From: Camelus ferus | Lineage: Eukaryota | Length of the DNA stretch: 64,000 nt | NCBI RefSeq assembly: GCF_009834535.1 | Contig: NC_045698.1 | Coordinates: forward strand, 3,350,001-3,414,000 | Direction of reading: 5' to 3' | Shown here: positions 23,414 to 36,894 of the stretch, piece by piece | Layout of the letters: the number at the start of each line of letters is the position of its first letter | Numbering within the stretch: position 1 is the first letter of the stretch | Made by a program: the position numbers and the translations under genes | Notes under the pieces: generated by a model | Seen by the model: the letters and a program-made list of their open reading frames with translations, nothing else | Databases searched by the model: none | Told to the model about the DNA's origin: nothing

Positions 23414-24909
23414 CCTAATACCATCCTCTCAAAAACCAGCTCAGCTATGTGAATTTAAAAGACAACCACCACACCCCACAGAGCTACATTGAAGCAGCAA
23501 AGCCCCAGACGAGCTATAGACGACGCTCAGGCTCTAGTGACGGCTGTGGCAGCCTTGTGGTTCTAGTGTCACCCAAGTTGTTGCTGGGAGGGTGGTATGA
23601 AGTCTTGTTGCTCCCATACCTCACAATCTACTAAAAAAGAGCCAGCTGGCCCTCAGGTACAAATACAGATCTTTTATTTCTCATCCAACAATCCATGTTC
23701 CCATCTGTTGTGGAAAGTGGATCTAGTATGTTTGGACACAAGAAAGTGTTACTGCAGCCTGCTTCCAAAGAGAACCTGCAAGAAGTGCACATGGTGGGAA
23801 TTCTCAGAGCTGAACGGGGTGGCCAGGGGCTCTGCGGGCACGGGGTGTGTTCTGGACCATAGACGTGCCTCTGGGATGAGCAAAGCCTCTTGGTTTCCAA
23901 TACTTTTATGGAAAAGTTGCTTCTAGGACACCTAAGACAATCTCTTTTAGTAAAAGTAATTTGTTCTTATTGCTATGGTTTTTGTTGTTGTTGTTATAAT
24001 AAACTGTATTGTATTAAATACAAATAAATTAAAGAGACTCTCAAGACGGAATATGTTTGTGTCTGGACCGCTTGTAAAGTAGCCTGCATTTCCAGTAGCA
24101 GAGATGCACCTGCGGTTTATGTAACAGTATTTCCACGGCGCTCAAAATACTGGGGAACTGCATGCACTAGACTATGAAATAGGCTGTAAACCATGGGGCC
24201 AGGCTTCTGAGACTTGTCCCTGGCCCTTCCCCTTGACTTACTGTTTATTCAAAGGCAGCTACTTCAGGACTGATATCCCCTCATCCGTCTGATGAGAGGG
24301 AGTCGATTTTTATGAAAGTCCTTCTGACTTCAGAATCCTCTTCTTTCTGTTCATCCCAGCAACACGTACGACCAGTTTGAGAAGCTTGTTGGTCTGGCAG
24401 GGACTGGCTGGATGCTGCCTGAACCTGGGGCCTCTTCTTTTGGGATACAAGGCTGGAGGCAGTGTCCTGTGCTCCCCTGCAGGAAGGTGTGGCCATGTGG
24501 CTGAGTGCCAGGGTGCCCATCACGGCCCGGAAACCTCCCACGGGATTTCGTCTCTCCCTGCCCCTCCAAGGAGTGACTGCAGAGTGCTCTGAGGAGCCAC
24601 AGGAGGGCAGAGGCAGGTTCGGGAGGTGATGGAGATCCTGAAGGGGCCTGTGGAAAACGCTCCACCAGAGACCCGTGGTCCTGGACCAGGGTGTGAGGGA
24701 GAAATGAACTACATGTGATCCAGAGGGCGCTGGGCACTTACGTTCAAAGCATCTGGCGTTGCTTTAGTATAAGTTGACATCGCTTTTTAAAGTTTTCCAG
24801 CCTAAAATATACGAGGTGTCCATGGGCGAAAACTTCGGCCCCGCGTCCTGAACCTGCGGCTTGTGCACTTCCTGAGGCCGAGCCACACTGATGATTCCAA
24901 CACTGCTTT

Positions 24910-25055
24910 CCAGATTAGGCCTGGGGTTTAATATTAAGGGTCAGAGAATTCTTTGTCGGGGAAGGGGCTGCCAGTGCAGCGGGGTCTCTCCCTGCTGCTT
25001 GCCAGAAGCACCCTTCCCTGAGTTGTGACAATAAAAAGTGTCCCCGGACACTGAA
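24910..25055. mobile_element. MER20-like hAT relic
   Basis: aattctttgtcgggg...gccagaagcaccc...agttgtgacaataaaaagtgtccccggacactg. Confidence 0.7.
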
Positions 25056-25937
25056 GCAGCACCTCCTGGGCAGAGGGGCTGTCACTTCCCTGTATCAACA
25101 GAACAGCTTGTTAACAGAAACATGGAAATTCTACTGCTCGACTACCTTTAAACATATTGAAACTATAAAATCTTAAAGTCTGTTGGGCATTTAGACATCA
25201 GCCAATGCCATGCTGTCACCGCCTCCTGGAATCCCCACCCAGAGTGGCACCCCTGGCCTCCAGGACTGCAGGGGGCTGGGGTCCACCTGGCTCTTCCAGG
25301 ACCTCTTCCCCTGCAGGCAGCAGGACTTGCCAAATGCAAACCAAATCACAATGGCATATTCAGTTCTAAAAGAGAAACGTGGATGTTTTGTAAACACCAT
25401 ACATGGCGCTGATTATTTAGCATTTATTAAATGCTCGTAAACCACTTTCTTAACTTCAAAGGTTTTAGTGTTGCTCGATGTTACTAAGGAATCATGAGAT
25501 GGTGGAGAGCGTATTAACTGAACAGCAAACCAGTTATCTGGGTGGCACAAAAACTGAATATTAAATAGTTTATTTACTACAGCAGATTGATATACTTCAT
25601 ATTGTACAGAGAGAGTGGAATTTACTCTAACTTTCTATGTTCATTCCTTTTGACCTCCTGCCCAAATCACACTGTCTCACAGCCCTGTTGCTCGTCCTCT
25701 CGAGTGAAATGAGAGCTCTTATCTCCCCCCACCCCGAGACGTTTTTCCCTGGCTGCTGGTGCACGTATGCACCTGATGAAAGACTTTTGATCACTTCAGA
25801 CATTTAAACGCAAACGCCATTTTAATACATTTTTTCTTGACATATTTAGCCTATCAAAATGTCAACAGAAAGCAAAAATGTCAAATTAATTACATTTGCT
25901 TTTGCTATGCATGCACATACAGGCAGCAGTTAGCACC

Positions 25938-26299
25938 TGCTAGAGACTGAATGTCTCTGTCGCCCCCAATTCATACATTGAAATCCTAACCCCAAGGCGA
26001 TGGTCTTAGGAGGTGGGGCCTCTGGGAGGTGATTAGGTCACGAGGCAGAGCCCTCGTGAGCGGGATTAGTGCTCTTATAAAAGAGACCCCGGAGAGATCC
26101 GTCCATCCTTCCACCAGGGGAGGACACAGCGAGAAGATGGTCATCCATGAACCAGGGAGGAGGTTCTCGCCAGACACCAGATCTGCCAGTGTCTTGATCT
26201 TGGGCTCCCAGCCTCCAGCACCATCAGGGATAGATTCCTGTGGTGTGTCAGCCACCCTGTCTGTGGTATTTCATTGTAGCAGCTGGAATGGACTAAAAT
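25938..26299 (+). mobile_element. MaLR solo LTR (MLT1A0-like), near full length
   Basis: gactgaatgt...aggaggtggggcctctgggaggtgattaggtca...cttataaaagagacccc...ccagacaccagatctgcc...cagcctccag...ggactaa. Confidence 0.92.
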
Positions 26300-26789
26300 G
26301 GTATCCAGGTAGCTGATTATATGGAGCTGCATGTTCTCCATTTGCATAAACGATGTATCAAAGCATTGGCCTTGGCCCTCAGCAGGTTTTGATTTCCCAC
26401 AAAAGAATGCTGGTACGTGGCTGCGGGGACTGGTGGTGATTTGTGGGAGAAGACCTGATCCAAGAAATGCCTTCCTCGAGTTCCCTGGCAGACCTAGGGA
26501 GCGGCTTGGAACAGTCGCAACCACTCTTGCCTCCGGCAGTCCGAGTGCACGGCCCTCTGAAGTTCAGCGTCTGTTTCGTCCAAAGTGTAAGGCTCGGGAT
26601 CCTTGAACGGCAGACAGACCCAGCACACAGACGTACTCCAGCAGCCAGCCTGCCCCTCTGTCATCAAGCACTTCCTCAGCAGCGTTCGTTCACTGAAAAG
26701 ATTCAAAGCTCTGTGAGCGGCCCAGGACGTGTGTAGGCACGTGCAGCTCTTGCCGAGACAATGGGCTGGTGAGCAGTTCCAGGGCTCAC

Positions 26790-27060
26790 TCCTGCCGGGT
26801 TCCTTCTGCCTCGCTCCCTCCTCCTCCTTCCTTTCCTCGTGGGCTCTTTACGTGTCTCTCTGACCGAGGTGCTCACTCCCTGGGTCTCTTCTCTTTCTGT
26901 CCACAGTCGCTCCCAAGTCTCATGGTTTCAACACCATCTGTACCCACATCAGTCCCACAGTTAACCCCCCAGCCTGGTCCTTCCCCCCAAATTCTATGCT
27001 CTCATACAAGTAGCTTCTCAGCACTGACACTCCATGTATTCGAACATCTCGGAACATAAA
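26790..27060 (+). mobile_element. L2 relic
   Basis: Pyrimidine-rich ctcttctctttct...cccaagtctcatggtttcaacaccatctgta pattern. Confidence 0.55.
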
Positions 27061-27461
27061 GTGATCCAAATGCATTGAATATTTCCCCCTCCTTTTTGGG
27101 GGGAAGGATAGACATTAAAAACTTGTTACTTTGACGCAGTTTCCTTAAGCGAGTCTCATCAAGACCCCTGTGCACATTTCTTGGGAAGAGAATTTTCACT
27201 TTATCACAAGTAGAACATGCAAAGCTTGCAAAGTTTCTATGGACGATTCCTGTACAAAACTGTACCTTCTTGCTCTTCAGTACTTGTGCTGCAGAATGGA
27301 GAGGCCTCTCATTGGGCCCTTTCCACTGAGACAATAGAACTACGGTTAGATGCCGTCTGTGTCCATCTCTCTGTCTCAGGACAGCCTTGGACAGGGCCAG
27401 ACACACTTGCCCTTTGGAGCAGAGGCCCCATTGGGTGTAGAGACTTTTGCACTTAGCTGCC

Positions 27462-28258
27462 TTTTATTTATTCGTTTATTTATAATAAAAATATGGTTGC
27501 TATACAATATTATGTAAGTTACAGGTGTACGATAGAGTGATTCACAATTTTTGGAGTTTACATTCCATTCATAGTTATTAGAAAATATTAGCTCGATTCC
27601 CCTTCTTGTAAAATATACATTTATAGTTTACTTCACATCTAATACTTTGCACCTATTAATCACCTACCCCCATGTTGCCTCCCCTTCCTTCCCTCTCCAC
27701 ATGGATAACCACTATGTTTTTCTCTGTATCTGTGAATCTGCTCCTTTTTTGTTATATTCACTAGTTTGTTGTATCTTTTTAGATTCCACATATAAATGAT
27801 ATCCTACAGTATTTGTCTTTATCTGTCTGACTTATTTCACTTAGTGTAATGCCTCTCAAGTCCATCTGTGTTTCTGCAAATAGCAGCATTTCATTCTTTT
27901 TATGGCTGAGTAGTATTCCATCATACATATACCACGTCTTCTCTATCCATTCATCTGCTGATGGACACATAAGTTGCTTCTATATCTTGGCAAATGTAAA
28001 TAATGCTGCTATGTACATTGAATTGCATGTATCTTTTTGAATTAATGGGGTTTTTTTCCAGATATATGCCCAGGAATGGAATTGCTGGGTCATATAGGAG
28101 TTCTATTTTCAGTTGTGTGAGGAACTTCCAGAGGTTTTCCACAGTGGCTGCACCAGTTTACATTCCCACTAACAGTGTACAAGGGTTCCCTTTTCTCCAC
28201 ATCCTTGCCAACATTTGTTGTTTGTAGTCTTTTTGGTTACAGCCATTCTGACAGGTGT
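27462..28258 (-). mobile_element. Intermediate-age L1 (ORF2 C-terminus plus 3' UTR)
   Basis: Frameshifted ORFs LKIELLYDPAIPFLGIY and CPSADEWIEKTW...ITLSEISQTDKDKYCRISFICGI; T-rich tail at 27462. Confidence 0.93.
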
Positions 28259-29274
28259 TTGAATGGAAGTGAGGTGGAGGTTACTGTTCAGCCACGTGGA
28301 AAAGGGAGAACTTTGGTAGCAGAGGGCTCACGTGGGTGAAGCAGCACCTGAGTGATGCTCCATCTTTGGACTGCACAACAAGGGGGGTTAGAATGACTCT
28401 TTTCCTGGTCTCTGCTCAAACTTTGTCTTATAATTTATTTAAATGAATCAAAATTAGGCCTTGTCAATAAAAAGGGGGTGTCATCTCTGATTTTAAAACA
28501 AGCTAAGCAGAGCTTCTGATTGATTCTATGACATTCATCTGCAATAGACCATCACTTCTCCCAGGTAGATGGTGGTAATGTGCAGGGCCTTACCGTACAC
28601 TGACAAGAACTCAAGTAGGGTGAGTCTATCAGAATTCTCTGGGGTTAAATGCCTACCTTTTAAGTATTGTTCTTTTAAAAAATAAGAAACTATTCATCAA
28701 TATTATTTTCTATAATAGGTAAGTAACATGTTCTTATGTGTCAATGTCAGGGTTATAAGAGTGAAAAATCAATAAGCTTATGTAAAAAACAAGCTGAAAA
28801 TCCTACAAATGAAGTTTTCAAGTGAGAAACGGATCAAGCCAAGGTTTTGCTTTTGGACAAAGATGCAGAGAAGTGAGGAATAAGAGCTTGAGGTGAGAAA
28901 GCCTGAAGGTGACATTCACCCATGTCGTCACAATTCGTCACATGTCATCACACGATATACAAGTTAGAAAACGCTGACCCAGAAGCTGTGGTTTGTGATT
29001 AAAATCTTCATAATTTAAAATGATCTCTGTCCTCCCATCTCAACACAGATTGTGTTTACAAAATAAAACACACAGAAAGCTGTATTTTTTACATTTAAAA
29101 GATAGATGGGAGGTTAGATTGACTTTTGTATAAGAGATTTAGAGCACAACTTAGTATAGAGTCAAAAAATTAAATAACTGAGCTTGCTTTATCTGCAGAA
29201 AAAAACAAAAGTGAATTTAGTTTGAAATTATCCTTTCAAGGTATATGTGGGCATATTTCAAGCCTAAGGAAATA

Positions 29275-30560
29275 TGTGTGATGAGGTTTTTGTCTTTTAT
29301 TTTATTCATAACTGTGAATTACATTACCCATTTTATCGACTTTAAACCAACGTGGCATTTTCCTGAGATAAGCCCCACTTGTTCACGGTGCACAGAGCAC
29401 ATGCTGCTGGATTGTGTTGCTACTATTTTGCTGAAGATTTTAAAATCTGTACTTATAAAGCATAGGAAAGTACACTGACCCGGATTTTCCTTTTCTTATA
29501 TTTATCTGGTTTTAGTATCATAACAACACTGGCTTCATAAAATGAGTTGGGAAATATTCCATCCTCTTCTATTTTTGGAAGTCTGTGAAGAACTGGTACT
29601 AATTCTTCAATCTTTGATAGAATTTGCCAGCGATGCTGTCTGGGTCTGAGATTTTGTTTGCAGGACTTTAGTTACCAAGTCAGTCTCTAACTACTATAGG
29701 TCTATTGAAATTTTCTGTTTCTTTTTGAATCAGTTTTGTTAATTTGCACCTTTCTATGAATTCGTCCATTTGCTCTAAGTCATCGAATTTGTTGGCATAC
29801 AATTGTTCGGAGTCTTCCTTTATGTTCCTTTTATTTAATGTCTCCTTTTTATTCTTGATTTTGGTAATTGCACTCATGGTTTTTCTTGATCATTTTAGCT
29901 AAAGTTTATAAATTTTCTTTGTCTCTTCAAAGAATGAGTTATTTCCCCACCCCACTGTTGTGTATTCTCTATTTCATTGACATCCTCTCTTCTTTGTCTG
30001 GCCTCTTTATTGTGGAAGGCAAATCAATTGATTTGAGATCAGTTTTAACACAGGCGTTGACACTGCACATTTCTAAGAACGCTGGAGCCATGTCCGATAC
30101 ATTTTGGTATGTTGTTGCTTTCATTTTCATCCATCTCAAAGTATTTTCTGTTTTTCCTTCTGACTTCTTCTTTGGATCATTGCTTACTTAGGAATGAGTA
30201 GCTTAATTTCAACATATTTGTGAATGTATGAAATTATTTACTGTTACTGATTTTGAATTTTATCCCATGTTAGTCAGATAATGTAGTTTGTATACTTTCA
30301 ATCTTTTTAAAATGTAGCGAGCTCTGTTTTGTGGCCTAGTATGTGGTCTCTCCTGGAGAACGTTCTCTGTGCACTTGAGAAGAATGTGCTTCCTGCTGTG
30401 TTTGCAGGGCGTGTTCTGCAGAGGCTGGGTGGGGCTGAGTGGTCTGCAGTGCTCTTTCTGTCTTCTGGTAACTTCTGACTGGTCGTTATGTGTATTATGA
30501 AGTCTCCTTCTGTTGTTAAAATGTCTGCTTCTCCTTCAGTTCTGTAAGACTTTGCTTCGG
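29275..30560 (-). mobile_element. Ancient L1 internal ORF2 fragment
   Basis: ORF 29680..29877 EQLYANKFDDLEQMDEFIERCKLTKLIQKETENFNRPI; also the gcacttgagaagaatgtg endonuclease-region motif. Confidence 0.9.
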
Positions 30561-30564
30561 GTCA

Positions 30565-30748
30565 CCTTGCCCTCACCTGGCAGAGAGCAGAGGAGAAGCA
30601 CGCTCTCTCATGCCTCCTACAGGAACACTAGTCCCATTAATGAGCGGTCCACCCTCTGACCTCCCAAAGGACCCAGCTCCTAACACAATCACACTGCGGG
30701 GTTTCGACATATGAACCTGGGGCAGGGAGACGCATTTAGTACATAACA
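30565..30748 (-). mobile_element. MLT1A-like LTR fragment
   Basis: cactagtcccattaatgag...acctcccaaagg...ttcgacatatgaa...agtacataaca. Confidence 0.8.
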
Positions 30749-31149
30749 AGAATGTGTGTCACTCTTTAAATACTATGAAGCTTATAAAAATTATACTTGT
30801 ACTCCTCCCATTCTAGGTATGAGATAGAGCATCCAAATAAATTATTTAACATCGAGAGAAATTGAGAGAATATTTTACTGCTTTTTCCTGTTATGTAGTG
30901 ACAGTTTCAAAACCTCTGGAGCTTTACTGGGTTTATACTCTTTTACTAAATTACTTCAAACTGCTTTTCTTTTTATATTTTTCTCTGTTTTCCAAGTTAT
31001 TGAAACTTCCCACTTTAGATCCATTTAAGCAAATAACTGTGATTACGGAAATCTTTCTAAAGCATTACATGCTTTCCTGGTTTAAAATGGGATAGAAAAT
31101 TGTTCTTCCTGTTTATGACTCCTGGTCATCTTGGCCCTCTGATCGGTTC

Positions 31150-31560
31150 TGCTCTTTTTCTGCTCTGCTTTGAGCTGCAGAACTCATGGCTCCAAGTTTA
31201 TTTTCCCAGCTCCCAGTTCATCTCATTGGGTACTGGCGGGGTGCAGCCCAGCCAGGCACTGGGGAAGGTGGGAGAAAGGGAAAAACCAGCTTTGTCTTCT
31301 GTCCGTCTGCTCCCAGTGGCAGTGACTTTGTGGTAACCCCAGCATCTCCAGGAAGACCCACTATGGTGAGTTTCAGCTCAATTCCGTGCCCCTCCCCTCC
31401 CCAACCATGCACTGGCCTGGATGCAGTGGCTTCCTACTAATGCTAATCTTTGGATCCTCACCAATCTCTCTCTGGCTTCTCAGCTTCTCCCTCAACTACG
31501 TAATGATTTTCCTGCATTAAATTCTCTCTTGTTATATTATATTTTCTTTTCAATGACTGA
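31150..31560 (+). mobile_element. LTR33-like ERVL LTR relic
   Basis: tggcttctcagcttctcc...cctgcattaaattctctc...tgactga terminus. Confidence 0.6.
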
Positions 31561-33195
31561 AGTTCATGTTGGTGAGCAGTAATTTCTGTTCTGAATCATA
31601 GATAGGCAGGGGACAGCTCTAACTCCTCTCCTGCTTCAAAGTCATACTTTGGCTAAAATTCTGATATGCTTTGACTACCGCTGCGTCTCCTCCTTAAAGA
31701 TACCCCTGCCTAGCTTGAGGGAAGGGGCTTCACTATAGTGGCTTGGGGACTTGGAGAAATTTTGCTATTTTTATGACACAAATGTTGGCTTCTCTGAATA
31801 AATCAGACATATAAGGAAATGATGTCAAATTTAATTGAAAAACTCGCTATCTTTCCACATGGAGGTCTACTTCTAGATTAATCTGTATTCCTGGCCTCCT
31901 TTTCTACCCACTCACCCCTCCCAAATAGAGAAAATGTGAATGATGTGACTGACAAACGGGGAAGAGCAAGGCCCATCCTGTCATCTTGTTGGCCCCTTGG
32001 CTCTGGTTTGATCGGAAATTTGTCTGAAGTAAGTGTCTCCTCTCTGACCCTCCTTGTCATCAGTTTTCAAGGGCAGGAGGAGGCTGAAGTTTTCGTCTCA
32101 ACCAATAACTGGACGGGTTCAGTTCAGGAAGCCCGTGTTTGCCAGAGAAGGCAGCTGTTCTTTGCAAACAGCCTTAATAGTAAAGGCACCTCTTTCTTCT
32201 CCATCTCTTTGACTTCTGGCTCTTCCTCTTAATCAAAGCCAAATGCAGAGACAGGAAGACATTTATTAACTCTTTCAAAGCCCCATCCCAAGTTTACAGA
32301 GCAAACATTTCATTTCACATTCTTGCTGGTGCATGTTTAATTCTCTCAGGTCAGAATCCCTGAATCCCTTCCTGGGAAGATGATATAAAAGGGATTTCAC
32401 TGTTCTGATGATTCCCAAAGGAGACATCAATGTCTCTTTCTTGGCCATATACCTTTAAAACATTTCTCAGTAACACTAATTTAAAAAGAAATGCCTATAT
32501 GATAAAGGTACACATGATTATTTTATCCAATATATGTGGTGTCTTGTTGTTTTACCTGAAATATGATTAAAGGACAATGTTGAGTTTCCATACTGTTGAA
32601 GCGTTCAGAGGAAAGGCGGAGCGATCCCCTGAATCTACTCTCAGTGCCCCCAAATTTGGTGGTTGACATCATAGAGTCAAAGTCTTCCCCAAAATGGCCA
32701 GAAGTTTTAACTTCCAGATGTTTTTATGTTTTTGTCTTAAAGTGGGCACATTTGGATGGGGTGCTGCACCAACCATCGTAGCATCCTCTTGAGTTGGTGA
32801 ATGCCCATCAGGGAAGGAAGAAGTGGACCATGAAAGGGTAAATGGTTGGACCCTGGTTACTGGATAAGGGCAACTCAGCTTTGAATCTTGTTCTTTTTAT
32901 TTATCTAACCCAAACTCTTCACACTTGGCAGAAAAAAACTATATATAGTAAAATACATAGTGAGTTACAAAGTAATTCTGACCCATTGTGACCTAAGAAA
33001 AATTGATGGCAATTGTCAAATAAAATAATCTTCTGCCTTTGCCCATGCCCAGCAGCTCTCTCTAGACAACGAAATTTAGATCCTGCCATTTTTAGGTGAG
33101 ATCAGAAATTCAGGTGCAAGCTTTAAAGATAATTCTAAGACTAATAAGTGTGCCTTAGGTTCTAAAAAAGAAGTACTGATAACATTTGATTTTCT

Positions 33196-34020
33196 TTTTT
33201 TTTAACATTTTTTATTGATTTATAATCATTTTACAATGTTGTGTTAAATTCCAGTGTAGAGCACAATTTTTCAGTTACACATGAACGTATATATATTCAT
33301 TGTCACATTTTTTTCTCTGTGAGCTACCATAAGATCTTGTGTTTATTTCCCTGTGCTGTACAGTATAATCTTGTTTATCTATTCTACAGTTTGAAATCCC
33401 AGTCTATCCCTTCCCACCCCCCTTCCCCTTGGCAACCACAAGTTTGTATTCTATGTCTATGAGTCTGTTCCTGTTTTGTATTTATGCATTGTTTGTTTGT
33501 TTGTTTTTGTTTTTTTTAGATTCCACATATGATTGATCTCATATGGTATTTTTCTTTGTCTTTCTGGCTTACTTCACTTAGAATGACATTCTCCAGGAGC
33601 ATCCATGTTGCTGCAAATGGCATTATGTTGTCGCTTTTTATGGCTGAATAGTATTCCATTGTATAAATATACCACTTCTTCTTTATCCAGTCATCTGTTG
33701 ATGGACATTTAGGCTGTTTCCATGTTTTGGCTATTGTAAATAGTGTTGCTATGAACATTGGGGTGCAGGTGTCATTTTGAAGTAGGGTTCCTTCTGGATA
33801 TATGCCCAGGAGTGGGATTCCTGGGTCATATGGTAAGTGTATTCCTAGTCTTTTGAGAAATCTCCGTCCTGTTTTCCACAGTGGCTGCACCAAACTGCAT
33901 TCCCACCAGCAGTGTAGGAGGGTTCCCTTTTCTCCACAGCCTCTCCAGCATTTGTCATTTGTGGATTTTTGAATGATGGCCATTCTGACTGGTGTGAGGT
34001 GATACCTCATCGTAGTTTTG
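33196..34020 (-). mobile_element. Young camelid-type L1, 5'-truncated, with TSD
   Basis: Uninterrupted 164-aa ORF2 C-terminus (33516..34010) including [18 protein letters not shown]; complete 3' UTR and T tail; TSD tttgattttct at 33185-33195 / 34017-34027. Confidence 0.97.
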
Positions 34021-34047
34021 ATTTTCTAAAAGGAGAATTACTAAATT

Positions 34048-34086
34048 GTGGTAGGCTTTAAAATGTCCCCCACACACACACACCCC

Positions 34087-34118
<32 letters not shown>

Positions 34119-34547
34119 AATACACCTATCTCCTAGTTCCTGGAATCATTGCAAAAATAAGTAAATAAGTCTTTGCAGATGTGATTAAGGATCTTGCAAT
34201 GGGAAGATTGTCCCACATTACCTGGGTGGACCCTAAATGCAATCCCATGTACCTTCCTGGAGGGATGTTCCACACACAGAGAAGAGCAGGGAGCAATGTG
34301 GCCAAGGAGGCAGCGCCTGAACTGACGTGATCACAAGTCTGGACGTGCACAGACACCAGAAGCTGAAAGAGGCAAAGAACAAATTGTCCGCCAGAGCCTC
34401 AGTGGGTGTGGCCCTGCTGACACCTTGATTTTGGTCCAGTGCAACTGATTTCAGAATGGCCTCCAGAATGATCAGAGAATAAATTTCAGGTCCTTTTAAG
34501 CCACTAAGTTCATGACAATTTATCACAGCAGAGATAAGAAACTACCA
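34048..34547 (+). mobile_element. MaLR solo LTR (MLT1C/D-like) with internal (CA)n
   Basis: tgtggtaggc...ctttgcagatgtgattaaggatcttg...ggccctgctgacaccttgatttt...gagaataaatttc...ttaagccactaagtt. Confidence 0.9.
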
Positions 34548-35409
34548 TTTAACCAGGGACCCCTGCGTGCTTGCGCCAGGGAAAACGCCCCACGCACTCT
34601 GTTGGCACTTCCAGGGCCCACCGAGGTGGCCCATGTCCTCAGTGCCAACAGCCCACACAGCCCCCTCTCACTGCACTGGGAGCACTGTCCAAACCTATGG
34701 GTTCGACTTGTCTAAAAGAAGTGACAAAAACAAAACACATTTTGTTTTGGTGGACTTCAAGTTGCATTGACTTAGTTAACAATAGCAAAAAATATATGAT
34801 TTTTTTTTAAAAAACACTCTTCCTTGTTTCAAAAAGCCTAATTCTTGCAGGTCACAATATATGAGATGTTTGTGGGTGTGTATATATAACACACGTATGC
34901 TTGTATACACATATATACATACATACATACATACATATATATGTGAGCTTACATCCAGAATGTTAAACATAGTTTAAAACACTGTAATTTCTCTTTTCCT
35001 GGAAATTTCCAATTACTTGCTTTAATTCCCTCTACCCTACTCCACTCTCACAACCGTGCACTCCGCACAGATAGAGCAAAATCTGGAGGTGAAGGATTTT
35101 GTTTGCTCACACGGTTCTTACTGCACCATGTAGCTTTCCTAGCCTTACCTTTCAGAGTGCTTCCTTCGGGATTAACTACAGTGTAGGACTTTTTCAAGGA
35201 TTGTACAAGTTGCTGCATCTCTTCTGTTATTTATTTATCACACTTGTGAAAATATGAGCTAAAAAACAAAGCATCACACTATATAAGACAAAAATACCTA
35301 GAAACATGATGCGAGAAGCAGCAAAGCTGAGAAGCGCAGAGACTAAAGTCAGTTAGAAATCACACCTGCTGGTAACGCAACGGTGTGCTCGGGGGAAACA
35401 AGCAGACCA

Positions 35410-35585
35410 ACTGAAAACTGTTAGAATCAGCGAAGATACTCGGTGAGGGGAATCTGCACCTAAATCAATTTTTTTAAATCTGTCTTTTATACATCAGTTA
35501 CAACCAATTCAGAAATAAAATTTAAAATCGTAGATCACAATATCAAACAAAGCAAAAGGTATATTGGATTAAGTTTAGCAATGAA
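35410..35585 (+). mobile_element. Ancient L1 ORF2 fragment
   Basis: aaactgttagaa...aaatcaatt...tatacatcag..acaaccaattcagaaataaaatttaaaa. Confidence 0.55.
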
Positions 35586-36894
35586 ATCTCAGGCCCCGGG
35601 AAAAGTGAGCACTTGAACTTGCTTGGGAGCTTTTGCACTGATAACACTTTTAAGCTGTAACCTGCTGTAATCCACGTAATTGTGAAGCAGGAAACAGACC
35701 GGTGTTTGCTCCTTCCAATAATCTTGGAACATTCACCGAAGCAAAACACCGCAGTTTGTGCAGATCATTGGCTTCTGTGCTCAGTCTCCCCAATAACTGA
35801 GGATGTGGTTTAAATGTGAGGATGTCTAACCTTTACAATGGAAGTGAATGGTTTCTCCATGTATTTTGTTTTTCCTGGAAAATGTAGGTTTCCTTTTTCC
35901 TCTGTTTAGCATTTATGTCTCTGCTCAGCATTTGTATCTCTACTCTAATCCCATCCTAAGCCCTTATTCAACCTTTCAACATTCAACAGAAGCCTGTCAT
36001 CCAGAAGTTTGAAGGTTTAAGACGAGCAGCTCCTGCTCCTTCACTGCGTGTCATTTGGCATCCTGGTTCCCATGAATGCCATGTCCATGTTTTACGGGAT
36101 TTTGAAAAGGTTTAGGGAAGTATCTCGGATGGAAGTCCACGTCCCGAATGAGTGCAAAGTGGCAGAGGCCAAGAGAAAGTCCAGGAGTGATTCATGGTGC
36201 ATTCACACCGCGTGGGGCTGGCAAGGCGGGGAGACAGTCTCTGCTAGCAGACTGGAACTAAATTCTTAGACATTCCTGGGCTGCCAAAAAATGTCCTCAC
36301 AGGGTTTTTCAAAGGAGCCATGAATTGGATGTCAGTGTCTTTTGGTTGAATGTAGAGTTTTTGTCAGACCCCAGGAGATCTCCTTAGATACATCTTTCCA
36401 ACTCCGGCTCTTTTTTCTTCCCCTGACAAAGAGAAGCATTGACACCAGTGTGTCCTGGGTGAGGTCTTCAGGCCGAGCTGGCTTCCAAGTGGGCAGCTGC
36501 ATGCAGTTCAGAGGGAGATTTGTTCTCTCGCCGAGAGCACCAGAAGACCCATGTGTCCTGTTTTCCCTGAGCATCTCAACAATCGCGTGACACCATTACA
36601 TCCTGTCCCATTTTGAAGGTGAGACACAGGACTGTAACAATGTCATGTAGCTTTTCCAACATCCCACAGAGTGAAAAAAGGGGTTAGGATGTAACTGCAG
36701 GGTTTTCCAACTCCTAGTCTTCAGTGTCTCCCACTAGCCACACGGAGGTCCAGAGACAACTGGTCCTCGCGAAGACATTCTGCTGGCGACTTCCACATTT
36801 GCTAAAAATGTACATTTGTCTGGGTGCCAGTCACACAAGAAGCGTGCTGCTAAGCCTTAGAGGGACCAGTGATGCACCTGTTCCCAGAACACAC

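Noticed and set aside
33516..34010. 164-aa ORF as a host gene
   Set aside because: It is the C-terminus of L1 ORF2 in a 5'-truncated copy.
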